Assembly (NCBI RefSeq): GCF_050920415.1
Contig: NZ_CP169309.1
Source: Escherichia coli
GTDB lineage: Bacteria; Pseudomonadota; Gammaproteobacteria; Enterobacterales; Enterobacteriaceae
Length of the DNA: 64,000 nt
Strand: one strand, 5' to 3'
Made by a program: the position numbers and the translations under genes. This document shows, one piece after another, positions 9,049-19,942 of this stretch (position 1 is the stretch's first letter; every line of letters begins with the position of its first letter). The notes below the pieces were generated by a model that searched no databases, was not told the DNA's origin, and saw nothing but the letters and a program-made list of their open reading frames with translations.

Positions 9049-9789
9049 ATGCGTAAAATCGCATTAATTCTTGCGATGTTGTTGATCCCGTGCGTTTCGT
9101 TTGCCGGTTTGCTGGGCAGCAGTAGCTCGACCACGCCAGTGAGCAAAGAGTATAAGCAGCAGTTGATGGGATCCCCTGTCTACATCCAGATCTTCAAGGA
9201 AGAACGTACGCTCGATCTCTACGTCAAAATGGGCGAGCAATATCAGCTGCTCGACAGTTATAAAATCTGTAAATATTCCGGCGGCTTAGGGCCAAAACAG
9301 CGTCAGGGCGATTTCAAAAGCCCGGAAGGGTTTTATAGCGTCCAGCGTAATCAGTTAAAACCAGACAGCCGTTACTACAAAGCGATTAATATTGGTTTCC
9401 CCAATGCCTATGACCGTGCGCATGGTTATGAAGGGAAATACCTGATGATCCACGGCGATTGTGTTTCCATCGGCTGCTACGCAATGACCAATCAAGGTAT
9501 TGATGAGATCTTCCAGTTCGTTACTGGTGCGCTGGTGTTTGGTCAGCCGAGCGTGCAAGTGAGTATTTACCCGTTCCGCATGACCGACGCCAATATGAAG
9601 CGCCATAAATATTCCAACTTTAAGGACTTCTGGGAGCAACTGAAGCCGGGTTACGACTACTTTGAACAGACCCGTAAGCCACCGACCGTTTCTGTGGTCA
9701 ATGGCCGTTACGTGGTCAGCAAGCCGTTAAGCCACGAAGTTGTGCAGCCACAACTGGCATCAAACTACACGCTCCCCGAGGCAAAATAA
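9049..9789 (+). CDS. yafK: L,D-transpeptidase-fold periplasmic protein YafK
   Basis: 246 aa, signal peptide, ...[14 protein letters not shown]... YkuD-type motif. Confidence 0.85.
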   Translation: MRKIALILAMLLIPCVSFAGLLGSSSSTTPVSKEYKQQLMGSPVYIQIFKEERTLDLYVKMGEQYQLLDSYKICKYSGGLGPKQRQGDFKSPEGFYSVQRNQLKPDSRYYKAINIGFPNAYDRAHGYEGKYLMIHGDCVSIGCYAMTNQGIDEIFQFVTGALVFGQPSVQVSIYPFRMTDANMKRHKYSNFKDFWEQLKPGYDYFEQTRKPPTVSVVNGRYVVSKPLSHEVVQPQLASNYTLPEAK

Positions 9790-10527
9790 GCGCCATTCGC
9801 CTGGCATAATCTTTTGCCAGGTTTCATTGCCCGTCAGCGGCTGTGTCGCAATCACCGTGACCACATCATTCGGTGTGGTCTGCGAGCTGAAGTCGATTTC
9901 CACATCCTGATCCAGCAACGTTGCCACGCCAAACGGCGCGCGGCGGGTGATCCAGTGTAAATTAGTCGAGCAATACGCCATTACATAGCGCCCGTCAGAA
10001 AGCAGCATGTTGAAAACGCCCTTCTGCCGCAGTTCATCCGCCAGTGAGGCGATATATTTAAACACTGCCGCCATGTTGCCCGGTGTGCGTGGGTAACGCT
10101 GCGTTAATTTATGCAGCAGCCAGCAAAAGGCTTTTTCGCTGTCGGTTTCACCTACCGGGCGGAAGTTGCCGGTTTCCAGTGACTTGTACCCCGTCAGTTG
10201 CCCGTTATGGGCATAAGTCCAGTTGCGTCCCCATAACTCGCGGGTAAACGGATGAGTATTTTCCAGTGCCACCTCGCCCCGATTCGCCTGGCGAATATGA
10301 GCAATTACCGAGCAGGATTTGATTGGATAGTCCTGGACCAGTTTAGCGATAGGGGAATTAAAGCTGGGTTGCGGATCTTTAAATGTGCGACAGCCTTTAC
10401 CTTCGTAAAAGGTAATGCCCCAGCCATCTTTATGTGGCCCGGTTCCACCACCACGCTGCACCAGACCGGTGAAACTAAAGCAGATATCGGTAGGGACGTT
10501 AGCGCTCATCCCGAGCAATTCGCACAT
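9760..10527 (-). CDS. yafJ: Class II glutamine amidotransferase YafJ
   Basis: Starts [12 protein letters not shown] (N-terminal Cys nucleophile); convergent overlap with yafK. Confidence 0.85.
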   Translation of the reverse strand: MCELLGMSANVPTDICFSFTGLVQRGGGTGPHKDGWGITFYEGKGCRTFKDPQPSFNSPIAKLVQDYPIKSCSVIAHIRQANRGEVALENTHPFTRELWGRNWTYAHNGQLTGYKSLETGNFRPVGETDSEKAFCWLLHKLTQRYPRTPGNMAAVFKYIASLADELRQKGVFNMLLSDGRYVMAYCSTNLHWITRRAPFGVATLLDQDVEIDFSSQTTPNDVVTVIATQPLTGNETWQKIMPGEWRLFCLGERVV

Positions 10528-10589
10528 GGGTAACCTCCACAACAGCGGGAGCGCATGGCCCCCGGCGAAGATTGATTTAAGAATTTTCA

Positions 10590-10730
10590 GGTCGGATGCA
10601 GCGTGAACGCATTATTCGGCCTACGGTTCGGGTACAGATTTGTAGGCATGATAAGACGCGTCAGCGTCGCATCAGGCATCAGCGCACAAGTGCCGGATGC
10701 GGCGTAAACGCCTTATCCAGCCTACGCCAG
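10590..10730. repeat. BIME/REP cluster between yafJ and gmhA
   Basis: Multiple REP-like palindromes (gccggatgcggcgtaaacgccttatccagcctacg and inverted copies). Confidence 0.55.
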
Positions 10731-10732
10731 AC

Positions 10733-11311
10733 TTACTTAACCATCTCTTTTTCAATTAACTGGATCAGGATATGGATCACTTTAATGTGGATCTCCTGAA
10801 TGCGGTCGGCATAACCAAAGTGCGGAACGCGAATTTCGATATCCGCCGCGCCAGCCATTTTGCCGCCGTCTTTACCCGTCAGGGTGATCACTTTCATCCC
10901 CTTCTCACGCGCCGCCGAGATCGCTTTGATCACGTTTGCAGAGTTACCAGAGGTGGAGATCCCCAGCAATACATCGCCTTCGCGACCTACCGCTTCAACG
11001 TAGCGGGAGAAAATATCATTGAAACCGAAATCATTACCGACGCAGGAAATATGACTAACGTCAGAAATAGCAATCGCCGGATAGCCCGGACGGTTTTCAC
11101 GGTAGCGCCCCGTCAACTCTTCGGCAAAGTGCATGGCGTCGCAATGGGAACCGCCATTACCGCAGGAAAGCACCTTACCACCGGCTTTAAAGCTATCTGC
11201 TAACAGGACCGCCGCGCGCTGAATGGCGTGAATATTGGCGTCATCTTTTAAAAAGTTAGCCAGCGTTTCCGCCGCTTCGTTCAGTTCGTTACGAATAAGA
11301 TCCTGGTACAT
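10733..11311 (-). CDS. gmhA: D-sedoheptulose-7-phosphate isomerase
   Basis: [17 protein letters not shown]... 192 aa SIS-domain protein. Confidence 0.95.
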   Translation of the reverse strand: MYQDLIRNELNEAAETLANFLKDDANIHAIQRAAVLLADSFKAGGKVLSCGNGGSHCDAMHFAEELTGRYRENRPGYPAIAISDVSHISCVGNDFGFNDIFSRYVEAVGREGDVLLGISTSGNSANVIKAISAAREKGMKVITLTGKDGGKMAGAADIEIRVPHFGYADRIQEIHIKVIHILIQLIEKEMVK

Positions 11312-11550
11312 GAGGATATCCTTCAGCATAAATGTAATAGACAAAATGCAGTGTACCGGATACCGCCAAAAGCGAGAAGTACGGGCAGGTGCGATGACCA
11401 GGACTTTTTGACCTGAAGTGCGGATAAAAACAGCAACAATGTGAGCTTTGTTGTAATTATATTGTAAACACATTGCTAAATGTTTTTACATCCACTACAA
11501 CCATATCATCACAAGTGGTCAGACCTCCTACAAGTAAGGGGCTTTTCGTT

Positions 11551-13995
11551 ATGATGATTTTGAGTATTCTCGCTACGGTTGTCCTGCTCGGCGCGTTGTT
11601 CTATCACCGCGTGAGCTTATTTATCAGCAGTCTGATTTTGCTCGCCTGGACAGCCGCCCTCGGCGTCGCTGGTCTGTGGTCGGCGTGGGTACTGGTGCCT
11701 CTGGCCATTATCCTCGTACCGTTTAACTTTGCGCCTATGCGTAAGTCGATGATTTCTGCGCCGGTATTTCGTGGATTCCGTAAGGTGATGCCACCGATGT
11801 CACGCACTGAAAAAGAAGCGATTGATGCAGGCACTACCTGGTGGGAAGGCGACTTGTTCCAGGGTAAGCCGGACTGGAAAAAGCTGCATAACTATCCGCA
11901 GCCGCGCCTGACCGCAGAAGAGCAAGCGTTTCTCGACGGCCCGGTAGAAGAAGCCTGCCGGATGGCGAATGATTTCCAGATTACTCATGAGCTGGCTGAT
12001 TTGCCGCCGGAGCTGTGGGCGTACCTTAAAGAGCATCGCTTCTTCGCGATGATCATCAAAAAAGAGTACGGCGGGCTGGAGTTCTCGGCTTATGCCCAAT
12101 CTCGTGTGCTGCAAAAACTCTCCGGCGTGAGCGGGATCCTGGCGATTACCGTCGGCGTGCCGAACTCATTAGGCCCGGGCGAGCTGCTGCAACATTACGG
12201 CACTGACGAGCAGAAAAATCACTATCTGCCGCGTCTGGCGCGTGGTCAGGAGCTCCCTTGCTTTGCACTGACCAGCCCGGAAGCGGGTTCCGATGCGGGC
12301 GCGATTCCGGATACCGGGATTGTCTGCATGGGTGAATGGCAGGGCCAGCAGGTGCTGGGGATGCGACTGACCTGGAACAAACGCTACATTACGCTCGCGC
12401 CAATTGCGACCGTGCTTGGGCTGGCGTTTAAACTTTCCGACCCGGAAAAACTGCTGGGTGGCGCAGAAGATTTAGGCATTACCTGTGCACTTATCCCGAC
12501 CACCACGCCAGGCGTGGAAATTGGTCGTCGCCACTTCCCGCTGAACGTACCGTTCCAGAACGGACCGACGCGAGGTAAAGATGTCTTCGTACCGATCGAC
12601 TACATTATCGGCGGACCAAAAATGGCCGGGCAAGGCTGGCGGATGCTGGTGGAGTGTCTCTCCGTGGGCCGCGGCATCACCCTACCTTCCAACTCAACCG
12701 GCGGCGTGAAATCGGTAGCACTGGCAACGGGCGCGTATGCGCACATTCGCCGTCAGTTCAAAATCTCTATCGGTAAGATGGAAGGGATTGAAGAGCCGCT
12801 GGCGCGTATTGCCGGTAATGCCTACGTGATGGATGCTGCGGCATCGCTGATTACCTACGGCATTATGCTCGGTGAAAAACCTGCCGTGCTGTCGGCTATC
12901 GTTAAGTATCACTGTACCCACCGCGGGCAGCAGTCGATTATTGATGCGATGGATATCACCGGGGGCAAAGGCATTATGCTCGGGCAAAGCAACTTCCTGG
13001 CCCGTGCTTACCAGGGCGCACCGATTGCCATCACCGTTGAAGGGGCCAACATTCTGACCCGCAGCATGATGATCTTCGGTCAGGGAGCGATTCGTTGCCA
13101 TCCGTACGTGCTGGAAGAGATGGAAGCGGCGAAGAACAATGACGTTAACGCATTCGATAAACTGCTATTCAAACATATCGGCCACGTCTGCAGTAACAAA
13201 GTTCGCAGCTTCTGGCTGGGCCTGACGCGCGGTTTAACCAGCAGCACACCAACCGGCGATGCCACTAAACGTTATTATCAGCACCTGAACCGCCTGAGTG
13301 CCAACCTCGCCCTGCTTTCTGATGTGTCGATGGCGGTGTTGGGCGGCAGCCTGAAACGTCGCGAACGCATCTCGGCACGTCTGGGGGATATTTTAAGCCA
13401 GCTTTACCTCGCCTCTGCCGTTCTGAAGCGTTATGACGACGAAGGCCGTAATGAAGCCGATCTGCCGCTGGTGCACTGGGGCGTACAGGATGCGCTGTAT
13501 CAGGCTGAACAGGCGATGGATGATTTACTGCAAAACTTCCCGAACCGCGTGGTTGCCGGGCTGCTGAATGTGGTGATCTTCCCGACCGGACGCCATTATC
13601 TGGCACCGTCTGACAAGCTGGATCATAAGGTGGCGAAGATTTTACAAGTGCCTAACGCCACCCGTTCACGTATTGGTCGCGGTCAGTACCTGACGCCGAG
13701 CGAGCATAACCCGGTTGGTTTACTGGAAGAGGCGCTGGTGGATGTGATTGCCGCCGACCCAATTCATCAGCGGATCTGTAAAGATCTGGGTAAAAACCTG
13801 CCGTTTACCCGTCTGGATGAACTGGCGCATAACGCGCTGGCGAAGGGGCTGATTGATAAAGATGAAGCCGCTATTCTGGTGAAAGCTGAAGAGAGTCGTC
13901 TGCGCAGTATTAACGTTGATGACTTTGATCCGGAAGAGCTGGCGACGAAGCCGGTAAAGTTGCCGGAGAAAGTGCGGAAAGTTGAAGCCGCGTAA
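11551..13995 (+). CDS. fadE: Acyl-CoA dehydrogenase FadE
   Basis: ATG 11551 ([14 protein letters not shown]...); about 814 aa with N-terminal TM segment and ACAD domain. Confidence 0.95.
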   Translation: MMILSILATVVLLGALFYHRVSLFISSLILLAWTAALGVAGLWSAWVLVPLAIILVPFNFAPMRKSMISAPVFRGFRKVMPPMSRTEKEAIDAGTTWWEGDLFQGKPDWKKLHNYPQPRLTAEEQAFLDGPVEEACRMANDFQITHELADLPPELWAYLKEHRFFAMIIKKEYGGLEFSAYAQSRVLQKLSGVSGILAITVGVPNSLGPGELLQHYGTDEQKNHYLPRLARGQELPCFALTSPEAGSDAGAIPDTGIVCMGEWQGQQVLGMRLTWNKRYITLAPIATVLGLAFKLSDPEKLLGGAEDLGITCALIPTTTPGVEIGRRHFPLNVPFQNGPTRGKDVFVPIDYIIGGPKMAGQGWRMLVECLSVGRGITLPSNSTGGVKSVALATGAYAHIRRQFKISIGKMEGIEEPLARIAGNAYVMDAAASLITYGIMLGEKPAVLSAIVKYHCTHRGQQSIIDAMDITGGKGIMLGQSNFLARAYQGAPIAITVEGANILTRSMMIFGQGAIRCHPYVLEEMEAAKNNDVNAFDKLLFKHIGHVCSNKVRSFWLGLTRGLTSSTPTGDATKRYYQHLNRLSANLALLSDVSMAVLGGSLKRRERISARLGDILSQLYLASAVLKRYDDEGRNEADLPLVHWGVQDALYQAEQAMDDLLQNFPNRVVAGLLNVVIFPTGRHYLAPSDKLDHKVAKILQVPNATRSRIGRGQYLTPSEHNPVGLLEEALVDVIAADPIHQRICKDLGKNLPFTRLDELAHNALAKGLIDKDEAAILVKAEESRLRSINVDDFDPEELATKPVKLPEKVRKVEAA

Positions 13996-14001
13996 TTGAA
14001 T

Positions 14002-14028
14002 AACGGAGCCGAAAGGCTCCGTTTCTTT
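14002..14028. terminator. Rho-independent terminator between convergent fadE and ivy
   Basis: cggagcc-gaaa-ggctccg hairpin followed by T-rich run. Confidence 0.6.
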
Positions 14029-14037
14029 ATCCGCTAA

Positions 14038-14511
14038 TTATTTAAAATTAAAGCCATCCGGATGGTTTTCCAGGCTGCCGGTCAACGCCGCGAATAGCAC
14101 CGTTTTACCATCAATCGAAAGCGCATCATTCACATTCAACCAGGTGAGTTTCTCTTGCGAGGTTTTCTCATCAATGGTCGAGAACAGCCCCGTCATCTGA
14201 TTAGATTTCTCGGACCACATCACAGCGATACGTTGCGAGCCACAGTCATGCGGTTTGCACGCGCTCATCACCTGATACGTCTCATCTCCCAATGTCACGG
14301 TTTGTGCGGGGGTATAAGTACCGCCTTTCATCACCCAGGCTGGCAGCTTATGCCCTTGCACCATCTGACTAAATGCAGCGTTGGTGGTTTCGCCCTTTGC
14401 AAGGCTGCTAATGGTTAAATCATCCTGCGCCATTGCACTGGTGGCGATGACCAGAGCGGCGACTGTTGTTATTGCCTTAAACATCATTCCTCCCGAGCTT
14501 ATCCTGCCCAT
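14038..14511 (-). CDS. ivy: Inhibitor of vertebrate C-type lysozyme (Ivy)
   Basis: 157 aa, signal peptide, ...CKPHDCG... loop motif characteristic of Ivy. Confidence 0.9.
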   Translation of the reverse strand: MGRISSGGMMFKAITTVAALVIATSAMAQDDLTISSLAKGETTNAAFSQMVQGHKLPAWVMKGGTYTPAQTVTLGDETYQVMSACKPHDCGSQRIAVMWSEKSNQMTGLFSTIDEKTSQEKLTWLNVNDALSIDGKTVLFAALTGSLENHPDGFNFK

Positions 14512-14664
14512 GTTATTAACCTCCTAAAGCCTGGCGACAACACGATAATTTGCAAATCAGATATTTCCAATATCAGCATTTGTTATCAATTTATTCTGCG
14601 CTAAGGCAACTGCCTGATAAGGTGTTAAAGTTATAAAACCCTTCGCATAAAGGAGTTGTACACC

Positions 14665-15435
14665 GTGCCTGGTTTGAAGATTACGCTTTTGCAGCAACCA
14701 CTGGTGTGGATGGATGGTCTTGCCAACCTGCGCCATTTTGATCGTCAACTGGAAGGTATTACCGGGCGCGATGTGATCGTTCTACCGGAGATGTTTACCA
14801 GCGGCTTTGCCATGGAAGCGGCAGCTTCGTCGCTAGCACAAGATGACGTAGTGAACTGGATGACAGCTAAAGCGCAGCAGTGCAATGCGCTGATTGCAGG
14901 CAGTGTTGCATTACAAACGGAGTCTGGTTCGGTTAACCGCTTTTTGCTGGTTGAGCCGGGCGGCACGGTACATTTTTATGATAAGCGTCATCTGTTCCGA
15001 ATGGCAGATGAGCATCTGCATTATAAAGCGGGCAATGCGCGAGTGATTGTGGAATGGCGCGGCTGGCGTATTTTGCCGCTGGTGTGCTACGACCTGCGTT
15101 TTCCGGTGTGGTCGCGCAATCTCAACGATTATGACCTCGCCATCTACGTCGCCAACTGGCCTGCCCCACGCTCTCTGCACTGGCAGGCATTGCTGACAGC
15201 CCGCGCGATTGAGAATCAGGCGTATGTGGCGGGATGCAATCGCGTCGGCAGCGATGGCAACGGCTGCCATTATCGCGGTGACAGCCGGGTGATTAATCCA
15301 CAGGGCGAGATTATCGCTACTGCCGACGCGCATCAGGCAACGCGCATTGATGCGGAGCTGTCGATGGCGGTGTTAAGGGAATATCGCGAAAAGTTTCCGG
15401 CATGGCGGGATGCGGATGAGTTTAGGTTGTGGTGA
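14665..15435 (+). CDS. yafV: Nitrilase-superfamily omega-amidase YafV
   Basis: GTG start at 14665 preceded by [16 protein letters not shown]...; 771 bp as in K-12. Confidence 0.9.
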   Translation: MPGLKITLLQQPLVWMDGLANLRHFDRQLEGITGRDVIVLPEMFTSGFAMEAAASSLAQDDVVNWMTAKAQQCNALIAGSVALQTESGSVNRFLLVEPGGTVHFYDKRHLFRMADEHLHYKAGNARVIVEWRGWRILPLVCYDLRFPVWSRNLNDYDLAIYVANWPAPRSLHWQALLTARAIENQAYVAGCNRVGSDGNGCHYRGDSRVINPQGEIIATADAHQATRIDAELSMAVLREYREKFPAWRDADEFRLW

Positions 15436-15484
15436 GTGGGGGTTGTGTTTAGGGCCGGGGAGAGTTGGGGTATGACTACGAAAG

Positions 15485-15690
15485 CCCGCTCTCCTGCGAC
15501 CACTTTTATCATAGGAGTGTGGAAGTGCTTTTCCATCAATCGCGATGACGTCTTTGTCATCTGAAGAATGACATTCACGCATCCGGTTAATAAAGCATTC
15601 GTGAAATTATACTGAACGGATACAAGACATAACTCTAATTATGGTGCCGTGAACAGGATTACCATTTTCAAAATTACGATATTATTTGCA
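15485..15690 (-). mobile_element. Internal fragment of an H-repeat (ISAs1-family) transposase gene (yafF-like remnant)
   Basis: About 85% identical over about 185 bp to 17423-17610; encodes ...[17 protein letters not shown]... on minus strand. Confidence 0.7.
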
Positions 15691-15706
15691 GTAATTATGT
15701 TATTAA

Positions 15707-16219
15707 TCATTGTGATATTTCCATCTCTGTGATTAATACCGGATACGCATTTAATTGCAGAGTTTGCACGAAATTATCGCAGATAACTGGCAATAACAAT
15801 AACCCATCAGCCCGCTGCTGTAATACCTCCATTCGTTCTACTGATTCAACATTAACAACCAAACCAAGGGCATTTAGCGATTTAAGGATCTCCAGATGTT
15901 CACTCATCCAGCGCAGAGAAAAAGGATCATCACCAATTATAAAAACAGGCCCCCAGCCGGTTAATAACTGGCGTTTCATTACGGAACCAGGATGAAGTCG
16001 AGTACATATTACAGGAAATACCCCCTGTTGCGATGGTTCCGATGATGTGGATAATTCAGAAATATTTTCCATTGTTAGTGAAGAATTAACATCCATTAAT
16101 AATGGTGAAACAACCTCACTTTCCTTGCTAGTAATGGCTGCACTAATCTGAGAGGAAAATAACAATATTATTACGTATAAACTCATTTTTAACATAACAA
16201 ATTCAATCCGTTTATTCAT
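15707..16219 (-). CDS. Hypothetical secreted or membrane protein (N-terminal hydrophobic signal); may correspond to the K-12 yafU/ykfM region
   Basis: 170-aa ORF in low-GC DNA, MSLYVIILLFSSQISAA signal-like segment; no recognisable domain. Confidence 0.45.
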   Translation of the reverse strand: MNKRIEFVMLKMSLYVIILLFSSQISAAITSKESEVVSPLLMDVNSSLTMENISELSTSSEPSQQGVFPVICTRLHPGSVMKRQLLTGWGPVFIIGDDPFSLRWMSEHLEILKSLNALGLVVNVESVERMEVLQQRADGLLLLPVICDNFVQTLQLNAYPVLITEMEISQ

Positions 16220-16285
16220 GTTATAGAATAATGATGCTATAAATCATCATTAATGTTCAATTATTTAATCACACAGTTTAAAAAA

Positions 16286-16789
16286 TCATTGACCAATGTG
16301 AATTGGCAATGTACCACTCAAGTTAAAATCACTGAATATTTTATCAATTTCTCTTGCAGTTTCTATATATTTAACCTCTTTCGTACTTGCATTATAAATA
16401 GCCCAAGCCTCGGGATGGGATGTTCCACCAAACCTTACAAAAAAACTTGATTTCATATTATTATATAAATTAACATCAGGAAAAGGATCTTCTCCAAAAT
16501 TAGTAGTATTGAATAATGAAAGTTCGTATCGCTTAGAAAATTCTATTGGTAGGATAGCTTCACTGCCATCAATAGCATTCATCCAGAGTTTGTTACCATT
16601 ATATTCCAACAATAATCTCTGTTTTGCATGTGTTTTATCTCGTTCTTTAACGACAGCGAATACCTTTTTAACAACCTGCTGTGCGGATGGTCCTATTGTA
16701 TTACCAAAAGATGGCAACCCGATTTTGCCATAAACACTCTCCTGAATGAAATAAATATCCGTTTTATCGGCCTCGACAATATCTACCAT
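16286..16789 (-). CDS. Hypothetical cytoplasmic protein
   Basis: 167-aa ORF, AT-rich, no signal peptide, no recognisable motif. Confidence 0.4.
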   Translation of the reverse strand: MVDIVEADKTDIYFIQESVYGKIGLPSFGNTIGPSAQQVVKKVFAVVKERDKTHAKQRLLLEYNGNKLWMNAIDGSEAILPIEFSKRYELSLFNTTNFGEDPFPDVNLYNNMKSSFFVRFGGTSHPEAWAIYNASTKEVKYIETAREIDKIFSDFNLSGTLPIHIGQ

Positions 16790-17101
16790 TTATCCCTCCA
16801 AACAAGACCTGACTCCAGGACAAGAGCATAGTGTGTAGTAAACACATCATGCTCTTGCCCTGACCATTGAAATAACAACTTTCGTTTGTTTACTGTACGC
16901 TGTCTAAATAGCTGCGTGGAATAAAGTTGCACTTTTTATCATCCCTTGTAGAGCAAGATTACGAAAGCCCGCCCCCGCAAGGGCTGACGCGAGGTAGTCT
17001 CTGTCCGCAGCTGCTTTTCACATCTTACATCTTGCCCCTGCCTTGAGTATCTTATCTTTCGTTAAAATATTAATAGCGATCTTCCGTATCCCTGAAAATA
17101 A

Positions 17102-17781
17102 TTATGCTGCATTTCCTCTTCTTATTTTGAAGTCGTCTTTATTCATTACCACTTCCAGATGCCAGTGCAATTTATTCTCCACTTGCCAGTGATTTCGGTT
17201 CGCTGTGGCGAACTTCTCTGCGGTTAAATCAGCAGAAATGCTATAATATCTGACCGTCATTTCGGGATTTTTCTTTTGTTCTGCTATTATTGAGCGAAAT
17301 GAGACTGCCATGCATAATTTCTTCAGCCCTTTCCATTCAAACGTAAAATCAATAAATTCATCAGAGACATGCAAACAATATGAAGACGGATTTTAATGAC
17401 ATAAGTTGCTCCCTTGTGACGAGTTTTATCATAAGAGTGCCGGAGCGTTTTTCCATCAATTGCAATGACGTCTTTATCATCTGAAGAATGACATTCACGC
17501 ATCCGGTTAATAAAGCATTCGTGAAATTTTGCAGGACTGATACATGATACAACTCTGGCAATAGTATCGTGAACAGGAATACCATTTTCAAAATCACCAT
17601 ATTGCTTCAAAAAATCGAGATGAGTTTCCCCGAAATCCTCTATATCTTCCCAGCCTTCTGCACCCGAAATAACGGCGCAAATAGTCAACAGTAGAATATC
17701 CGATAATTTATGCTCCACTTTCCAGGCTTGTCTGTAATCGGGGATAATAGAAATATGTTCCATCAATTTTTTAAGTTCCAT
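17102..17781 (-). pseudogene. H-repeat (ISAs1-family) transposase pseudogene with internal deletion, frameshift and 3' truncation
   Basis: ORF 17323-17781 starts [28 protein letters not shown]...; ORF 17102-17374 carries ...[24 protein letters not shown]...; middle of protein missing. Confidence 0.8.
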
Positions 17782-17987
17782 TTTGTTCTCCTTAATTATG
17801 TAAGGAGTATTTGATCATGTATAAGCAATAAAAAACAGCTTCAGGTAATGAGGAATATCTCAATTTTTAAACATAAAATGCGAATTATTTAGTACAAAAA
17901 AGCAGCGTTAAGTGAGTAGGCCACCGGAACCTCCCCGACAGCCTCTCGCAGAACCGTACGTGAAACTCTCGCTTCATACGGCTCCCG

Positions 17988-18605
17988 TCAGGCAAACGCG
18001 CTTCCTGGTCCTGCTTTCCAGTGGGCAAACAACTCCGGCTTCTCTTTTGACAGCCTTTCCATTAGCTGACACGCCTTCGTCTTTCTATACCGCAGGGTTT
18101 TATATTTCTTTCTCGCCCACGCAATCAGCGTCAGATTAATATATCTGCATACTTTCTTCATCGCTGATTTGTGGTATCTCGCGTAATAATTCAGCCACCC
18201 CGATATTATCGGATTCAGCCACTTCGCAATATCTTCGAGACTCATCTCCACCCTGCGTCTGATCCACAGTTTCCTGAGTTTTCCAATCATGCCTTTCTGC
18301 GCACGGTTACTCGCCGCCGGGCTGAAACTCGTAAAGAGGTTTCCCCGCCGGTGGTTACGTGCTCTTCGCGCTCTGAACGTATACCCCAGAAAATCAAACT
18401 GCACTGTTTCATGGTTCGCCTGTCGTTCGCTGTCTTTGCAGTAAACTACTTTCGTTTTCTCCGGATGTAATTCCAGTCCACATTCCTGAAAACGTTTTGC
18501 CAGCTTATTCAGTAATTCCTCTGCCTGTTGTTTACTGCCACAATGAATTAATCCATCATCTGCATAACGGCACAGGGAATTTCCGGATAATGTAACGTCA
18601 GCCAT
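17988..18605 (-). pseudogene. Group II intron reverse transcriptase/maturase, C-terminal fragment in a different frame
   Basis: Contains RYADDGLIHC active-site motif and maturase/X-domain-like tail; overlaps upstream fragment. Confidence 0.8.
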
Positions 18606-19504
18606 TTATCAAACACATAGTGCAGAAATAAATTCGCCAGTACCGGGCTGATGACTCCACCCTGTGGCGTACCTTTATTTCTTTCCTTCAGTGTTCCATC
18701 CGGCATCTGCACCGGCGCTGTCAGCCACCGGCGAATAGACAGTCTTACCCATTTATCCGCACAATGTTTATCTACTGCCCTGAGTAATAAATCGTGGGAG
18801 ATATTATCGAATAACCCTTTAATATCAAACTCAAGACACCAGTCGTATTGCCAGCAACGTTTTCTGGTGACTGCTATTGCATCCAGCGCTGATTTTCCAT
18901 GCCGGTATCCGTATGAATCATTCAGGAAATAACGCTCCACTAATGGTTCAAACGTTACCAGCACCGTCATCTGCGCTATTCGATCGCTTACTGTCGGTAT
19001 TCCTAAAAGTCTTTTGCTGCCATCCTTCTTCGGAATTTCCACCGCACGCACTGGCGGCGGCATCCAGCTTCCCGACGATAACCTGTTCCAGATTTTGTAC
19101 AGATTTCCTTTCAGATCCCGCTCAAAATCTTTCAGCGTCTGGTTATCCACTCCGGCAGCTCCGGCATTCGCCTTTATCCGCCGGTACGCTTCCACCACAT
19201 GCAATTTACTGACCTGAAACGGTTTTGTCTGTTCACACACAGCCTCCTCCTGCCTACAGTTGGGCTGTGATGCAGACTGCCCGACGCTGTCCCTTCGCTC
19301 CACGTTCATTACAAACGCTTCCTCACTACTACGAACAGCTCTGCCCCGGTTTCGCACATCGATACTCTCATACTCATAATTTCGGTTATTTGTATTTCTC
19401 TCTTGAAATTGCGACGACCGGTTCCCGTAGTTCCTGCAAAGAGCCTGATACAGCGTCATGCCTGCTATACACCGGACACCATTCACGCAGCATTCGGAAT
19501 TCAC
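18548..19504 (-). pseudogene. Group II intron reverse transcriptase/maturase, N-terminal fragment
   Basis: RT domain motifs (...GIPTVSDRIAQ..., ...GTPQGGVISPVLANLFL...); frame breaks before the YADD motif. Confidence 0.8.
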
Positions 19505-19843
19505 CCGTAAATTAATCCCGGCGGTATCACGAAACCTCCGGTTTTGATGTCACTTAGGACTAACGACGTTTCAACACAGGTTCGGGTTTACTCATCTCAC
19601 TGTATCTCACATAGGATCAGATCTCGTCTGATCGTTCCCCCTGCGCTCACTACCATGGCTCTTTACCACAGCAGCCGGGGTTGTTTGGGACCGACTTCCG
19701 ACAGCAGATCCCGGTGGGCCTGCCACCATCTCTTCACAAGCTTATGCTTATTACATGCAAAACGTCCCGTTTTGCATCTTTGTGCCTACGGCACACGATG
19801 ATCTTTCCCTGATTACTTGACCTTTCCCTGGGAGTACAGAGTG

Positions 19844-19890
19844 AAGTTTCCGGCATGGCGGGATGCGGATGGGTTTGAACTGGGGTGATT
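19844..19890 (+). repeat. Imperfect second copy of the yafV 3' end (41 of 47 nt identical to 15389-15435)
   Basis: gtgaagtttccggcatggcgggatgcggatgggtttgaactggggtga would encode [19 protein letters not shown], against [18 protein letters not shown] at the end of yafV. Confidence 0.7.
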
Positions 19891-19942
19891 AGGCACTACA
19901 TGTCTACATTTTCCCGGTCTCCAACCCCTCAATCTTATAAAC

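Larger units (their letters stand above)
17915..19796 (-). mobile_element. Group II intron (approximate boundaries)
   Basis: Minus strand begins GTGTGCC at 19796; domain V-like gagccgtatgaagcgagagtttcacgtacggttc at about 17971-18004; RT ORF in domain IV position. 3' end estimated. Confidence 0.7.

Noticed and set aside
8846-9064. 72-aa and 60-aa minus-strand ORFs in the yafL-yafK intergenic region
   Set aside because: No SD, odd composition, and they overlap the yafK start region; judged spurious, not dinJ/yafQ remnants.
15373-15582. 69-aa minus-strand ORF beginning [18 protein letters not shown]
   Set aside because: It is a read-through of the H-repeat transposase fragment into unrelated flanking sequence, not an independent gene.
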